A DNA stretch of 64,000 bases from the NCBI RefSeq assembly GCF_006345805.1, contig NC_042999.1, positions 148,738,001-148,802,000 on the forward strand, in the 5' to 3' direction. The stretch's first letter is position 1; every line of letters begins with the position of its first letter. Positions 52,310 to 64,000 of this stretch are shown here, piece by piece. Below the pieces are notes generated by a model. The model saw only the letters and a program-made list of their open reading frames with translations, was not told where the DNA came from and made no database searches. Made by a program: the position numbers and the translations under genes. This DNA is from Octopus sinensis (Eukaryota).

Positions 52310-52456
52310 ATTGGTTTGGTTTGAAGTAAAGGTCTGATGAATGCTATTATCTGCACAGGACGAAGCATTGTTGAAAGAGGCAAGTAGGCTATTGGTGTGT
52401 AGGAGGAAGAGTTAGAAGCACAAAACCGAATTTTTGAATATATCAGAGTTGACAAG
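52310..52456 (-). CDS. Candidate 147-nt internal exon (phase 2-2), unknown product
   Basis: Minus strand: tttttttggcttttcaaactctctctaacctacAG|C...CCAAT|GTAAGA. One frame is open (LSTLIYSKIRFCASNSSSYTPIAYLPLSTMLRPVQIIAFIRPLLQTKP). No homology recognised. Confidence 0.25.
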
Positions 52457-53470
52457 CTGTAGGTTAGAGAGAGTTTGAAAAGCCAAAAAAAGTACACCAC
52501 TAGTGTTTATTCATAGATAAACAAACATACATAATTATTGTGAGTTGGCAGTATTTGAGGAGTTCTATTTGCAGTTGTATGTCATCTCAGACATTACTGT
52601 AAAATTTGTAGTAATTAGAGATCCATATGTAAAATCCATACAAAAAGGCAAGAAAAAACAGAGAAGATGTGGCCTTTGTAAATCACAATTAGGGCATTTG
52701 CTTAAGAGTGCAGTAATGAAGGGCAATCAAATACAGAATAGAGAAGAGTCTTTATTCTTGCAGCAAATTTCTCTAGTGTTAGGTGGGTGATAAAATGAAC
52801 CCAGTCCATACTGATTAGAACACCAGGCAAAATACTTAGCTGTATTTTGTCTGTCGTTACGTTGTGAGTTCAAATTCCTTTCATCCTTTCGGTGTCGATA
52901 AATTAAGTATCAGTTACGCACTGGAGTTGATGTAATCAACTTAATACCTATGTCTGTCTTTGTTTGTCCCCTCTATGTTTAGCCCCTTGTGGGTAATAAA
53001 GATATAGGTTAATAGGAAGGGAGTCTAATCATAAAAACAATATCATAAATAGTACTGAAGCAGATAGTGAGATGCTGTGATAGACCCATCCAATTCATGT
53101 CTTTAAAATGGTGAAAGGCAAATTCAACTACAATAAGGTTTGATCTTTAAGTATTAAAAGTTATACTAAAATGTGGTATTCGGTCTGATGCTTTACCATC
53201 TCCACTACTCCACTGAACTCATGTCAAGAGAAAGGAAGTATTTTTTTGTAACCTAATAATAATTTCTTACACTGTAACTGTACAACAAATTTAGAATGGA
53301 GATTGATTCATTTCTCAATTGATTTATTTGGCTTCAACCAGGAATCAATACTGGGTCACTCACACACCATACCAAGAGTATAGTTCGTGCTTCTCTCAAG
53401 TTGATGAAACTCCTTCAGCTTGGTTGCAGAAGCTGCTAGAAACAGCAACCAAATCACACTCTATTGTCTT

Positions 53471-54519
53471 TGTTTTATATCCTGCCACAGGTTGGTGTAT
53501 ATAAAATTAGATAGCAGAGAGTTAATCAATGTGTTCACACAACGTACTTCACAAGACTACCAAAACGCTCTCTCCAACTACTACCGACCACTACTCTTTA
53601 TAAGAGTTCAGCTAGTCCATTCTTCCAATCCGCCAGGGGTGTCAATGACTCACCACAACATCTCCCCCTTTGAGACTGACTTCCGTTGAAGTTAATATTA
53701 TTGCTTATATTTCATCACTTTTATATCCTGACGACTCATTGCCAAATGTTGTAACGCAATTGTTACCCGACTCTTAGGTAGTATTGTTTGTTTTGCACAT
53801 GGCATTCTTGTTTTTCATTGTACTAAGCACTCTTGTTAGCACTTGTTTTGTGCTCAAATGGACTTTGGTATGATTTTTTAACCCCAAGAAAGACATCTCC
53901 TCTAGCTGATTAACACTGCACAGCTGCATCCGATATATTGTGAGCAGGGGAATTAAACCCTTACTACATTCTAGCGACAGGACCAACACACAGCAATTCA
54001 AGCAACTATGATTACAACAACTTACGTGTTCAGTGTGAGTTCAATGCGGAACTAACACACCGAGTCTTACCAGCCTCTAGCAAAACTCTTCAACGATTTC
54101 TGCCGCCTTTACACGGGACATGATAGGTATTTTACTGGTGGTACTTTGGCTGCCAAACATGCAACCTCTACCAGCTTTCACCAATTTCCCGATGTCCCAG
54201 TGCATGCAACAGGTTGTAATGGGTTACGTGTTATCAGTAATGCCCCCCAAAAAGTGACTTGATCAGTGTGTAAAGTTGTACTGAGTCACACCCAAGAGCG
54301 ACCTGACTAATGCGTAAAGTTGTACTGGGTTACACCCAAGAGCGACCTGACCTTGACACACGTTGGATATATAAATTAATGAAGCAGAGGTTTAATCATG
54401 TTCACATGACATACTTTGTGAGAGTACCAAAACACTTTCCCTGGCTACTACTTTTTAGAAGAGTTCGACTAGTCCATTCTTCCAATCTGCCAGGGGTGTC
54501 AATGCCTCTCGCCACAACC
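53471..54519 (-). mobile_element. Miniature, internally deleted LTR retrotransposon (TRIM-like)
   Basis: Direct repeats 53471-53660 (TGTT...AACA) and about 54351-54519 share CTAGTCCATTCTTCCAATC(C/T)GCCAGGGGTGTCAATG. A polypurine tract TCTCAAAGGGGGAGA|TGTTG lies on the minus strand at 53661-53675. Confidence 0.8.
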
Positions 54520-55640
54520 GGAAAACACTTTGGACAATGCAGTCCTAGACACACAAAAGACAAGATGGTTATAGATAGATTGCTTTTGGTCATAGATTTG
54601 CTGAATCAGGGCTGACCTAGGGCTAAACAACAACAAGCTCCTGCTTCAGTGCTTACCACTCATTATTTAATGACAGAATTAACAAAGACACAAGAATGCC
54701 ACACAAATTACTTTAAAGTATCCAGGTAGGTTTTATAACCTAGAATTCAAAATAAAGCTTTTACCTTTTATCTTGCTTGAATTAGTGAATAAGTTCCAGA
54801 AAGTTATTGGAGATGATTCAATTAGACCTGGTAATTCAATAACCTCTTATATTACAAAACAAAACAAAAGATGACCTTGTACCCAGTCAAAAGAAAATCT
54901 ATAGCGACAACTAATGTACTCCATTCTTCATTAGAAAAGACATTTTAATTATGAAGATTAAAACAAGACATTACAGTATGTTTATAAATCGTGCAGAAGT
55001 AAGCATTCAAACAGACAGTTAACCAGTTTCAAATCAAATAATCAGTCACATTAAAATAACAACAATGCTCTCACACTGACTGTCTTCAGGTAGTAGCAAT
55101 TGTTACATAAGCTTATTACCACAGCTTTTTCTGCTCCTGTTGCTTGCTTCACATTATGTTAACTCAACTATGAGTTAGCTGTCCAACTGGTTCACTTCAA
55201 GTGGTAGATAAAGCTACTGAGGAACTAAATTCAGTTTTGCTTGAGCAGAATTATATTATTGAAATAGCCAATTAAACACAAATGAATGGCACAATACATG
55301 TTAATTCAATATATATTGTGTGTCAGTCTATTCTCTGTCATATTACTATCCAGACTGATATGAAGGTATTGGCTGTGCATGTAGAGAGAGTACACCAACC
55401 AGAGCATGCATGCTACATGTGTTTTGCCAATTAGTTTGTTTTTAAATGTTCAAAGGCTTTGGTTGTGTTTACAGCAAAGATAACAAGATGGATTTGACCC
55501 ATCACCCACAATAGCTTCAGTAACTTAAAGACTCAATGAACATGGTTGGTAACTGTAAAAAGAGCTTGAAATGAAATGTGGAAGTTGATATTGCAATATG
55601 TATGCTTCAAGTTTGCCATGTGAGAGTGTGTGTGTGTGTG

Positions 55641-55677
<37 letters not shown>

Positions 55678-57258
55678 GTGTGTGTGCACGCGTGCGTGCG
55701 TGCTTGCTTGAAGTGCTATTCTAGTATTGTTCTGATGCGTCATGGTTTTTAAGGGTGATAAGACATATTGCAGAAGTTAAGTGGATTAGTACAGAATGCA
55801 ACCATTAACTGTGGCTCATTGCATATCTAAAGAGTTTTTAATTTCATTTGATAGTGCTACAGAATTCTGGCCTTACACCCATATACGACAATGAATATAT
55901 ATATATGTTAAAATGTTCCAATTATATATAATTTAGCCGTTTAATAAATTGCAAACAGTTAATTTACTTGTCATGTGTAGAATATATTAAATTATCATTT
56001 TATGATTTTTTGAGAGTGTATCTCACACTCCCAGTATACTCTAAATATATGCTTTTGCTACTTTCTCCAATTTTCGTGATTATGTACTTAGCTTTAGAAA
56101 GATCATCTAGTTATAAAGTCATTTACTGCAATAATTCACATGGAAATACTCATAATTTAGCAAACTAATGTCTCACCCATGATAAAATGGATTTAAAAGC
56201 CATAAAAGGAAAAAGATATAATTTGTGAATACAAAATTCAAGTAGAAATTTAAAAATAAATTTTGAGGACCAAAGTGCATGATTTGCTACTTATGATAAC
56301 TGAGCCAACTTCAAATGGTATTTTTATTCCTAGTTTTTCTAACTGAAAAATGTCTCCCCACAGTCATTATTCTCATAACTTGACTGCCTCTTATGTTTTT
56401 GATGATTTGAATATTATGCTCAATTACCACTTGAAAATGAACTCATCCTCTGTCACAGCACTCTTAATACTCCTAATAGTGAAAAACCTGTTGGTCTCCA
56501 CTTAAAACTGAAAATTAATGGAAGGAAATTGTACTTTAACAGATTTCTAAATAGTTCAGAATAAATATTGGTGAATATTTAAATTAGAATAAATACATCA
56601 TTACTTTATCTCTCAGCAGCATAAAAATCCCCCTTGCAAAACATGTCCATTATGTATTTTTCATTATCTTGGTTTTTAATAACATGGAATCCTCTACTCT
56701 TACACATTTTATACATTTCAATTACAGCAACAGAAAATTGAAAAGAATTTTCAGTTTTCAAAAAACTGTGCTTCTAAGAATACTGTCCTTTTCAAAGGAA
56801 CTTACTGTACAGTCTCTTCCTATTTAACTTTTACCTTATATGTTATTAAAAATTCTTGCTCAAGTGTAAATTAATTAATATGGAAACATTCTCTGAAATG
56901 AGCAATAAGTTTTGAATATATTTTTAATAAATTCTCAATCAATACAAATGAAAAAAAACATGAACAGATTTGTTGATGTTGTCACCATCGTACAACCCCC
57001 AGATCAGCCCTGATCAAGCAGGGTCTATAATCAAAAGAACAGATTCTAGCTACGACCATCCTGTAGTCTTCTTATGTGCATGAAACACAGAACTACATTA
57101 ATGTGGTTTTGTGGTAACAATGCTACTCTCTCCTTTCCGTAGCCTTGAAGTGACCTAGGGTCCTTGTTTGGGGTGATTTGGAATCAAAATCGAAAATATT
57201 TGGCAAGTATGGTGAAGCCTATGCAGTGCTGAGGAGGTCTATCAAGATGGAAACATTC

Positions 57259-57564
57259 TTTCTTCTTTGTTCCTTCTCGAACCATGCCTGGCTCATAGGG
57301 CTGGTTTCCCGGTTTCCTTGGTGTATAGGTTCCCCACCTGGATGGGACGCCGGTCCATCGCAGGTGAGCTGCAAGATTCAGGAGGAAAGAGTGAGAGAAA
57401 GTTGAGGTGTAAGAATCAGTAGAAGTTCACCATTACTTTCTGCTGGAGCCGTGTGAAGCTCAGGTGTTTTGCTCATAAACACACACATCGCCCGGTCTGA
57501 GATTCGAACCCGTGATCCCTCGACTGCGAGTCTGCTGCTCTAACCACTAGGCCATGTGCCTCCA
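57259..57564 (-). mobile_element. Family D tRNA-derived SINE with 16-bp TSD
   Basis: Direct repeat CAAGATGGAAACATTC at 57243-57258 and 57565-57580. A box TGGCCTAGTGG and B box GGTTCGAATCT on the minus strand. Confidence 0.95.
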
Positions 57565-58378
57565 CAAGATGGAAACATTCAGAGTTATCTTCCTCCACAC
57601 ACTTGTTGAATGATTAAAGTAACTTTAATCACTGAGCTATCGTCTTTTCCTCTCCGTTTAAATTCTTTAATAGTTTTTTTTTTTTCATCTTTGATTCAAA
57701 ATCACTCCCAAAGAGATGTATCACTAAGTAAATATACAATAGTATACAAGGGTCGATGTGAAATATTAGCATATTTAAAAATATATATCACTCCAGTTAA
57801 ATACTGAAATCCCATAGGAAACGTACTGTAGTGTAGCAGAGATGTAGCAAAGATGCAAGCAGTATAAGAAATACAGCAAAAACCATTTTGGTGCCTTGTA
57901 CAGATGTAATAAAACCATTATTTGATTATTTACTACAAAGCAAAACATATCACTTCAGCTTTTATAGAAAAAAATGTTATGCTTCAAATAATATGAAAGC
58001 TCAAGTTATCTATAAAACTTAGTAGTGCAAAACAAATATCAAAGGGGATACACGGCTACCTATCCCTTCATATTAATTCTAAATATGCATGCACGATCTA
58101 GACTACTTACATAAGCTATGGTTGTTGTTTAGCCCAGGGTTAGTCCTGATAAAGCAGACTCCTGTTGAAGAAAATTTTACCTAGCAAATATTATTTATTT
58201 GCTAAACTAAAATCAGAAAACCAATTGGTCCAGGAAACTAGATGGTAGAAGTTTTTATTTTTTCATTTCGTTCCTGTCGAATTTTATCCCTGATTTTTGT
58301 GGTTATAGAACCTAGCTGTTCTTTCTAGCGTGTTGAATCCCATGAGTGGATTCCTTATTTGTTTAAATATATATATAT

Positions 58379-58604
58379 AACGGGAAGTTTTACGAAAATA
58401 AACAAAAGACGAAGGCAGGTTTACGAAAATAAACAAAAGACGAAGGCAGGTGGAGTACAAACAAACAATGTATTAGTATGGCGCTCAGGAATAGAAATAA
58501 AACAAGTCTTTTACGTTTCGAGCCTACGCTCTTCGACAGAAAGATACACAGAAAAGAAACATGGAGAGAAACAAATTGCGTGTAGGGGCTAACGATCCAA
58601 CATG
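58379..58604 (-). mobile_element. Penelope-like short repeat inserted in (TA)n, with a 31-bp tandem duplication
   Basis: Flanked by TA runs. TTTACGAAAATAAACAAAAGACGAAGGCAGG occurs at 58389-58419 and 58420-58450. Carries a minimal hammerhead-type fold. Confidence 0.65.
58507..58544 (-). ncRNA. Minimal type I hammerhead-ribozyme-like motif with variant core
   Basis: UCUUU-CUGUCGA-A-GAGC-GUAG-GCUC-GAAA-C-GUA-AAAGA: 5-bp stem I, 4-bp stem II, palindromic ACGU in place of stem III and a GUA cleavage triplet. Confidence 0.6.
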
Positions 58605-59094
58605 ATATATATATATATTCTTCCTTAATGTCTTATCTGCATACTAGCATGGATTGGATAGTTTGGCAAGAGCTAGCCAACCAGAAAGTTGCACCAGACT
58701 TCAATTATCTGTTTTTGCAAGGTTTCTACATCTGACTGCCCTTCCTAATGCCAACCACTCTACAGAGTGTACTGAGTGCCTTCTGTGCAACACCAGCACA
58801 CACACACAACTTATCTGACATATCCTTCCTTTTATAACTGAGTAAAGTGTGAGTTCAGGGAGATTAGTCTGCTATCTCCACCAGACAACCTCTCACAAAG
58901 TTGATATAATATATATATGTGTGTGAATGTATCCATGATGTGCAGTTGAAAATATGTGTTAAGTGTGTAAGTACACGTAGATGTTATCGTTTACATATTT
59001 TTCCAAATATTTGTCAAATGCAGAAAAAAATAATTTTCGATGTACATTTTCTGCAGAAGTTTTATTTACATTGGTATTATTTTATCAGTGATGT

Positions 59095-59520
59095 TGATGA
59101 TGATAATGTAGTAGTATAGTAGTAGTAGTAGTAGTATCAGCAGAAGAAGGATGTCATAGTTGCAACAGGAGTAACAGTAGTATGGTGGTGGTGGTGGTGG
59201 TAAGAGTAGTAGCTCTGCTTGAAAGAGGAGTACCAGCAGAAGTGTCTAAAGTATTGGTACAGGTGGTAGCGATAAGAGTATTGACAGGAAGTAGAGTATA
59301 GTAGAAACACTAATAGTGGTGTCTGTTACTGTAGCAGCCATAGCATTGGTGGTGGTTGCAGTTGTAGCACTTGTAGTGTTAAGTGTTAGTAATTGCAGAA
59401 GTAACATTAGCAACAGTAGTAGTGGTGGTGGTGGTGGTGTTTGAAATAGTGTTTAGAGTATTGTTAGTAGTAGTGGTTTTAGTATAAATAGTAGTGATAG
59501 TCGCAGTACTAGTAGCAACG
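59095..59520. repeat. Degenerate (TAG)/(TGG)/(CAG) trinucleotide tract
   Basis: Read directly from the sequence. Confidence 0.88.
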
Positions 59521-60929
59521 TTGGCAGCCTTTTGCTTGTTTTGCATTAAGAAAGACATAGATGTGAGTTTTATAGATTAAGTTGATTAACAAAACTCAAT
59601 TAGTAGAATCTACTCATCTGAGGCAACAATACAATAAAGTCAATAAGTTCAGTGCAGCAAGTCATTACCTTAAGAATAAAATAGAATGTTTTGTTGTGTC
59701 TGGGGAGAGTCTTTCTCTTCTAGTGCATTATTATTTAACACACTCACCAGTAAAGTTTCCATTCATTTACTAATTTATTTTTCTTAAAATTTTCGTTGCA
59801 TCTTGCAACCTTTTCAATCTTGCAAACCAAATCCAAAAACAAAATAAAATAGAATTTATCAATCAAGGAATCAGAACATTGTGTGGAATTATCTTCACTT
59901 TGAGACCAAACTTCCTGAACTCAGTTCAGGAAGGAAGCTTCTATGTTTTCAGTCGACCTACTAGAATTAGCAAGCAAATCTCCTCAAATTACCCTTGCTG
60001 TCTTTAAAAAAGAAGGAAGAACACATTGGATACTGTAGTTCTAGATTTCACTGTATAGAAAAAAAAATAATAAAAATGCAGGAGAGTTAGAGTAGTAATA
60101 CATTTGATCGGATTTGATTAGGGGTTAAACAACAACACTCTGAGTTCAAACCAGTAAGGAAGTTTTTATGTTGTCATTAGACTTGCACACAATGGTTCAC
60201 AGATTTCTCTCAACATATCCTACTTCCTGTCAATACTCTTATTGCTACCACCTGTACCAATACTTTAGACACCTCTGCTGGTACTCCTTTTTCAAGCAAA
60301 GCTACTACTCTTACCTTGTTTTTACAACTAGGTGGAATCCAACACACTTCACGCTATAAACTTTAGTAGGAAGTTGCAAGACACAGAGAGGAAATTAAAT
60401 GAAACAGTTCAACCTGTTTCATTTAACCTTTTAAATCTTCTCTGGATGACAGCTTACCATTACAGTTCTAATACAAGACACTCTACAGAAAATATTGGTG
60501 GTAACAATTAAAACACAAACTCAATCATAATGAAACAACAACGGAGACTCAATATGCTTGCATTTTAGTTAATGCATTTTAGTTAATGCAGTTAAAGCAA
60601 CAGAACAGCTTTAAAAAAAATGGGTGATTACACTTGGATTGGCTTTGGTCATAGGTCTGCTCAATCAGGTGTGACTTGGTATTTATTAACATTATACATT
60701 ATATATACTGATATCTAAGAAGACTAAAGGCCTGACAAAGCTCAACCCTCTCCAAACTGTAGATTTGACAGAAGCTGCAAGGTTTGGAAAGGAGACAGGC
60801 TGGATGGTCGCAGCTTGAACACCTTTGATACGTCTACACAATCAGGCTTGACCTAGGGCTATAAAGAGCACCAAATTATGAAGTTCAACCCAGACTGATC
60901 TTCAATCCAACAAGGAAGTCTCTGTATAG

Positions 60930-61132
60930 TTACTCAACCTGCTAAAAATAGCAACCAAACTGTCCTTAAATTATACACTACCCTCATAAAATATATGATA
61001 CCTAAGATTATATAGGATAATGTAGTATTAGACATAGGATTTCTGAAGAGAAATAAGATGGGATGGCCATGGCTGAAACACTTTTGCTTATATATCTGAT
61101 CAATCAGGGCTGGCATAAATGTAAACAACAAT
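60930..61132. repeat. Old dispersed repeat ('family E'), class unknown
   Basis: CCTGCTA.AAATAGCA.CCAAA...GGATAATGTAGT..TAGA...GGATGG.CATGGCTG.AA...GATCAATCAGGGCTG...TAAACAACAA. Diverged copies lie at about 10880-11050, 11600-11680, 18150-18220, 20100-20240, 24620-24760, 28600-28685, 32700-32840, 42400-42640, 54520-54635, 56990-57100, 59950-60135 and 62380-62760. Confidence 0.7.
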
Positions 61133-61707
61133 AAGTAAATCTATTATTTCTCATAGACTATCAATATGTCTTAATAATAAATTCTCAGATGTAATAACTT
61201 TCTCTGACATCTTGTAAATGATGACTGATGTAGTGAAAACATAAAGTAAAGGTACTAGTAAAACACCAGATTTAAACAGTGTATTATTGGTTTAATCGAC
61301 TGCTTGTCTCCACAAAAGAAATTGATCACCAAGCATCAATAGACTCTTAGTCTTATTGTAGAGAGAAAGACACAAGAAAGACTCAAAAACAAAAATAAAT
61401 ATCAGAAAGGGAATGAAATAAAGAGAACGGATATATCCATCTTTAAATTTATAAAGAGAAATCAAATTCAAAAATAAAAGTTTATTTTGATATAGAGAGA
61501 AAAAAAAAGATGTGAATCTTGCTTCAGGCATGACTATGTGGTAAGAAGTTTGCTTTTCAACCACATGGTTCTGTGTTCAGTTTCACTGTGTGGCACCTTA
61601 AGCAAGTATCTTTTATAACTTGGGACCAACCAAAGCTTTGTGCCTGGAATTAATAGACAGAAACTAAAAAAAAGTCTGCTGTAAATATGTAAAATATATA
61701 TATATAT

Positions 61708-61964
61708 TACACAAAATTATTAACCATTACACGAACAACCACCTTGAGCACCTTTTTGAGCTCCATGTGTCTAACACATGTGGGCATGCCTACAAAGTCA
61801 GAAAACAGCACAGCTCCCATGACTTTCAGAAACATTTTTTCATACTCAGAGTTACTCAGAGTTGCTGAAGCATGGAACAAACTACCTGCATCAGTTATTA
61901 ATTGCTGAGACATTGCATCCTTTAAAACCTCCATGCTTCCTGAAATTCGCCAACACTATACCTG
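61708..61964 (+). mobile_element. Second CR1-clade LINE 3' remnant, inserted in a family A SINE (61525-62060)
   Basis: HKIINHYTNNHLEHLFELHVSNTCGHAYKVRKQHSSHDFQKHFFILRV / AEAWNKLPASVINC*DIASFKTSML. The frameshift comes from a 10-bp tandem duplication ACTCAGAGTT (61844-61863). Confidence 0.88.
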
Positions 61965-63366
61965 TTTACATCCCCAAAATTTAGTGGTTTGGCAAAAGAG
62001 ACCACTTGAATAAGTACCAGACTTTAAAAAATATAGTACTAGAATCAATTTGTTTGACGACACATGATAAAAAATAATACAAAATATTAACCCATTAACT
62101 GTATTTAATATGCAAAATGCTTTCCTGAACCATTGTCCAGAAATTGCCATCAACTGATCTAATTGGAGTTATTTCTCTTGTTTTTAGCTCTTTTAAACAC
62201 TCCAAGAGAGAGATTTTTGTCTACAAATTGTTTGGATAATTTCAGTGGATCAGGATTTTTTGTCTAAGTATATTATATATGCAAGACCCTACTGTATATG
62301 TACGTAGCCAATAAGCCATATTAGAGAAGTGGAAAACAATAGATGATAATCAGATAAACTAGAAGGGAAAAAAGCAGAACAACTATGATTCAGCAGACTT
62401 GTGATCAAAGATATTCCAGACATGACCATACTCTCATTTATTCACACAATGTCTCCAGAACCACATTATTTAATACATTCTTGTTTGAAGATCATGGACT
62501 ACAATTTGAGAGAACTATGATGGTAGCATTGATAGTATTAGTAATGGTGGTGGTGGTGGTGGTGGTGGTGGTAGTGGTGGTCTTATTTAGCCCCAGATCA
62601 GTCCTGATCCAGTAAATCTATGATCAAAGATAGTTCAGCTGTGCACCCCATTTTTTTTTTTTTTTTGTTTTCTTTAAATATAATGTATCTAGGTCTACAA
62701 TATTTAATGTATCTTCCTTTTTAAGACTGCAGGGAATTATTGGCAGAGAAATGACCGATATTCGTAGTATATCAAAAAACTATTCAGACACAGATATTCT
62801 CTCTCTCTTTCTCTCTGTGAGCATGTTAAATTAAAATCTAAATAGACGGAAAAAAATTTTCCCATCAAGAATATCAGCAGAAAAGTAGTTTAATTGGGAA
62901 AATTTTTGTCAGTGCTAACAAAAAATAAAAAGAAATATATAAAAAAAGGAACTCATGACGATATAAATAAAAATGTTTAAAAAAGTATAGATGTTTAAAG
63001 AAGTATAGATGAAATATAACTTACGGGAAAAACTCACTGATAATAAAGTAATGGGAAAATGTGTGTTTGTGTGAATGTCTACAGCATTTGTGATTGTCTG
63101 CACATATACACATACATACAAATGATTTGTATGTTGTGTCTGTGTGATGATTTTGCAGCTTGTTTACACTTTGTAATGTGCATATATGTAGTTTGTACGC
63201 ATGTAGTTAAGTTGACTTGTGTGAAAATATCTAAGTCTTCATCTACATTTATGTCGTTTTTGTAATCTTGTGTGCACTTGGAGTGTGTCACTTATTTATT
63301 ACATATATGAACATATATGTATTCTTTGTATATATGTATATATGTTTATGTCGGCTCAGTGGTTAC

Positions 63367-63548
63367 CGATGATGTTGACTTGTTCTTCTTTTCGGATTAT
63401 GGCTGCTGTTGCTTAGTGAGTGGGATTGACTCAGTGCACAGCCTTTCCTCACTTTAAAAAAATCTTCTTGCACAGGCATTGCACGATAACAACATTGTTC
63501 ATGATTGTTGATGGTGCTATGAGTCTCTACTGAATGACTGGCTGTAGT
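63367..63548 (-). CDS. Candidate coding exon of an unidentified minus-strand gene
   Basis: Minus strand: aacttttctttgctttttaAG|ACT...CATCG|GTAACC. Only one frame is open across 182 nt (TTASHSVETHSTINNHEQCCYRAMPVQEDFFKVRKGCALSQSHSLSNSSHNPKRRTSQHHR). The sequence is non-repetitive and relatively CpG-rich, with an in-frame ATG at 63479. Confidence 0.45.
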
Positions 63549-64000
63549 CTTAAAAAGCAAAGAAAAGTTACATTCGATCGCAGCACCAATAACAGTTAAG
63601 CTTCATGCAATGGCCATACTCGATAACGAGGGGGCAGCCATCATATATGTTTATGTACAATATATACATGTGTAGATATATGAGCCTATCAAACGTATGA
63701 GTGCATAAGTATAATTTAGAAGTGTGTATACATTCCTGTGCAGATATGTCAATGCAAAGCATGCAAGAATGTCTATATGCCTGCATCTGTATGTTCCCAT
63801 TATACATATGTGCATGCATGTCAACAATTGTGTGCATGCATGTCAGTAATTGAGTGCATGCATACATTGCAAGATGATGGATTATGTATTCTACAAAAGT
63901 GGTTCTTACTTAGAATGTATGATTGCAACGGAGCCAATAAAACAGGGATTCCAAAGGTTTTCTTACAACACATTTTCACTCTTTAATATTCAGATTACTC

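Noticed and set aside
57490-57564. tRNA-like sequence with A and B boxes (also 38120-38192 and 10205-10280)
   Set aside because: These are SINE heads continuing into SINE bodies, two of them with TSDs. There is no proper acceptor stem, so they are not tRNA genes.
58389-58450. 31-bp direct repeats considered as CRISPR-like
   Set aside because: Two abutting copies with no spacer in eukaryotic repeat DNA; this is a simple tandem duplication.
1-64000. A prokaryote-style multi-gene system (defence island, operon, CRISPR-Cas)
   Set aside because: No long ORFs or gene-dense segment. The composition and repeats are those of an animal genome.

Overview
AT-rich, microsatellite-dense eukaryotic DNA, probably intronic or intergenic. 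The tRNA-headed SINE families, (GAT)n-tailed RTE-related repeats and TA/CA microsatellites point to a coleoid cephalopod, most likely Octopus (inference from recalled repeat families). There is no complete gene, operon, rRNA, true tRNA or CRISPR array, and almost all ORFs in the track are microsatellite or SINE artefacts. The window holds dozens of SINE copies, several with clean 13-17 bp target-site duplications (TSDs), plus 5'-truncated LINE remnants (RTE, Rex3/Expander-like RTE, two CR1-clade 3' ends) and a Tigger/pogo transposase remnant. It also holds piggyBac-, Tc1/mariner-, Tc2- and hAT-type MITEs, Helitron/Helentron-like ends, a miniature LTR element and Penelope-like repeats. The most notable items are: (i) a minimal hammerhead-ribozyme fold with a non-canonical core (58507-58544, minus); (ii) two phase-compatible candidate minus-strand exons (63367-63548 and 52310-52456); (iii) an 85-bp fold-back whose mismatches all read as A-C on the minus strand; (iv) a composite MITE carrying a 119-bp spacer; (v) a TRIM-like LTR element. 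Family names come from recalled motifs and need database confirmation.
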